Made by a program: the position numbers and the translations under genes. 64,000 bases of DNA from Balanoglossus misakiensis (lineage: Eukaryota > Animalia > Hemichordata). How positions within the stretch are numbered: position 1 is the first letter of the stretch; every line of letters begins with the position of its first letter. The notes below the pieces were generated by a model. The model made no database searches. It saw nothing but the letters and a program-made list of their open reading frames with translations, and was not told where the DNA came from. Positions 62,801 to 64,000 of this stretch are shown one piece after another. The DNA lies in NCBI GenBank assembly GCA_040954595.2, contig CM082595.2, positions 9,847,918 to 9,911,917 on the forward strand, written 5' to 3'.

Positions 62801-64000
62801 ACACTCAAAATTGATGGGCACGACACTGGCCACTAAGCTCTGGCCTGGTTAATCAATGTTGAAGCAAAGGTTGACCCCACCAAACACTCAAAATTAATGG
62901 GAACGACACTGGCCACTAGCTCTGCATGGCCTGGTTAATCAATGTTGACGCAAAGGTTGACCCCACCAAACACTCAAAATTAATGGGCACGACACTGGCC
63001 ACTAGCTCTGGCCTGGCTAATCAAGGTTGACGCAAGGGTTGACCCCACCAAACACTCAAAATTGATGGGCACGGCACTGGCCACTAGCTCTGGCCTGGCT
63101 AATCAATGTTGACGCAAGGGTTGACCCCACCAAACACTCAAAATTGATGGGCACGACACTGGCCACTAGCTCTGGCCTGGCTAATCAATGTTGACACAAG
63201 GGTTGACCCCACCAAACACTCAAAATTGATGGGCACGACACTGGCCACTAGCTCTGGCCTGGCTAATCAATGTTGACGCAAGGGTTGACCCCACCAAACA
63301 CTCAAAATTGATGGGCGCGACACTGGCCACTAGCTCTGGCCTGGCTAATCAATGTTGACGCAAGGGTTGACCCCACCAAACACTCAAAATTTGTGGGCAC
63401 GACACTGGCCACTAGCTCTGCCATGGCTAATCAAGGTTGACGCAAAGGTTGACCCCACCAAACACTCAAAATTGATGGGCGCGACACTGGCCCCTAGCTC
63501 ATGCCTGGCTAATCCAGGTTGACGCAAGGGTTAACCCCACCAAACACTCAAAATTAATGGGCGCGACACTGGCCACTAAGCTCTGGCCTGGCTAATCAAT
63601 GTTGACGCAAGGGTTGACCCCACCAAACACTCATAATTGATGGGCACGACACTGGCCACTAGCTCTGGCCTGGCTAATCAAGGTTGACGCAAGGGTTGAC
63701 CCCACCAAACACTCAAAATTAATGGGCGCGACACTGGCCACTAAGCTCTGGCCTGGTTAATCAATGTTGAAGCAAAGGTTGACCCCACCAAACACTCAAA
63801 ATTAATGGGAACGACACTGGCCACTAGCTCTGCATGGCCTGGTTTATCAATGTTGACGCAAAGGTTGACCCCACCAAACACTCAAAATTAATGGGCACGA
63901 CACTGGCCACTAGCTCTGCATGGCCTGGTTAATCAATGTTGACGCAACGGTTGACCCCACCAAACACTCAAAATTAATGGGCACGACACTGGCCACTAGC
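59801..64000 (+). repeat. Satellite array, 82/83/86/93 bp monomers, ~50 units, continues past the window end
   Basis: Consensus TAGCTCT(GCAT)GGCCTGG(T/C)TAATCAA(T/G)GTTGACGCAA(A/G)GGTTGACCCCACCAAACACTCAAAATT(G/A)ATGGGCACGACACTGGCCAC. Confidence 0.98.

Noticed and set aside
59801-64000. Possible CRISPR-like array
   Set aside because: Monomers repeat along their full length with no unique spacers and no cas genes; it is a satellite.

Overview
Eukaryotic, AT-rich, repeat-dense DNA. The repeat types suggest a marine invertebrate (inference). No intact host gene is complete in the window. (1) A LamG/pentraxin-like exon at 136-336 is followed by a tandem array of Helentron-type non-autonomous elements. 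(2) A ~15 kb fold-back (5.17-20.0 kb) plus a third head-to-head copy (21.6-22.9 kb) carry pieces of one spliced multi-OB-fold (RPA/HIN-like) gene. Its exons are inverted or deleted differently in each copy, but they join with matching splice phases into one ~277 aa protein. (3) A young full-length Gypsy LTR retrotransposon has a single nonsense codon. (4) A ~29 kb palindrome (30.6-59.8 kb) has arms that are themselves nested inverted repeats (three levels), with signs of within-arm homogenisation. Its arms carry a duplicated candidate structured-RNA motif and several arm-specific insertions (a 5'-inverted RTE-X-like LINE, MITEs with readable TSDs). Its spacer holds a truncated secreted pentraxin-like gene. 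(5) An 82-93 bp satellite with a 1253 bp higher-order repeat runs to the window end. All alignments were made by eye, so identities and most repeat boundaries are approximate.
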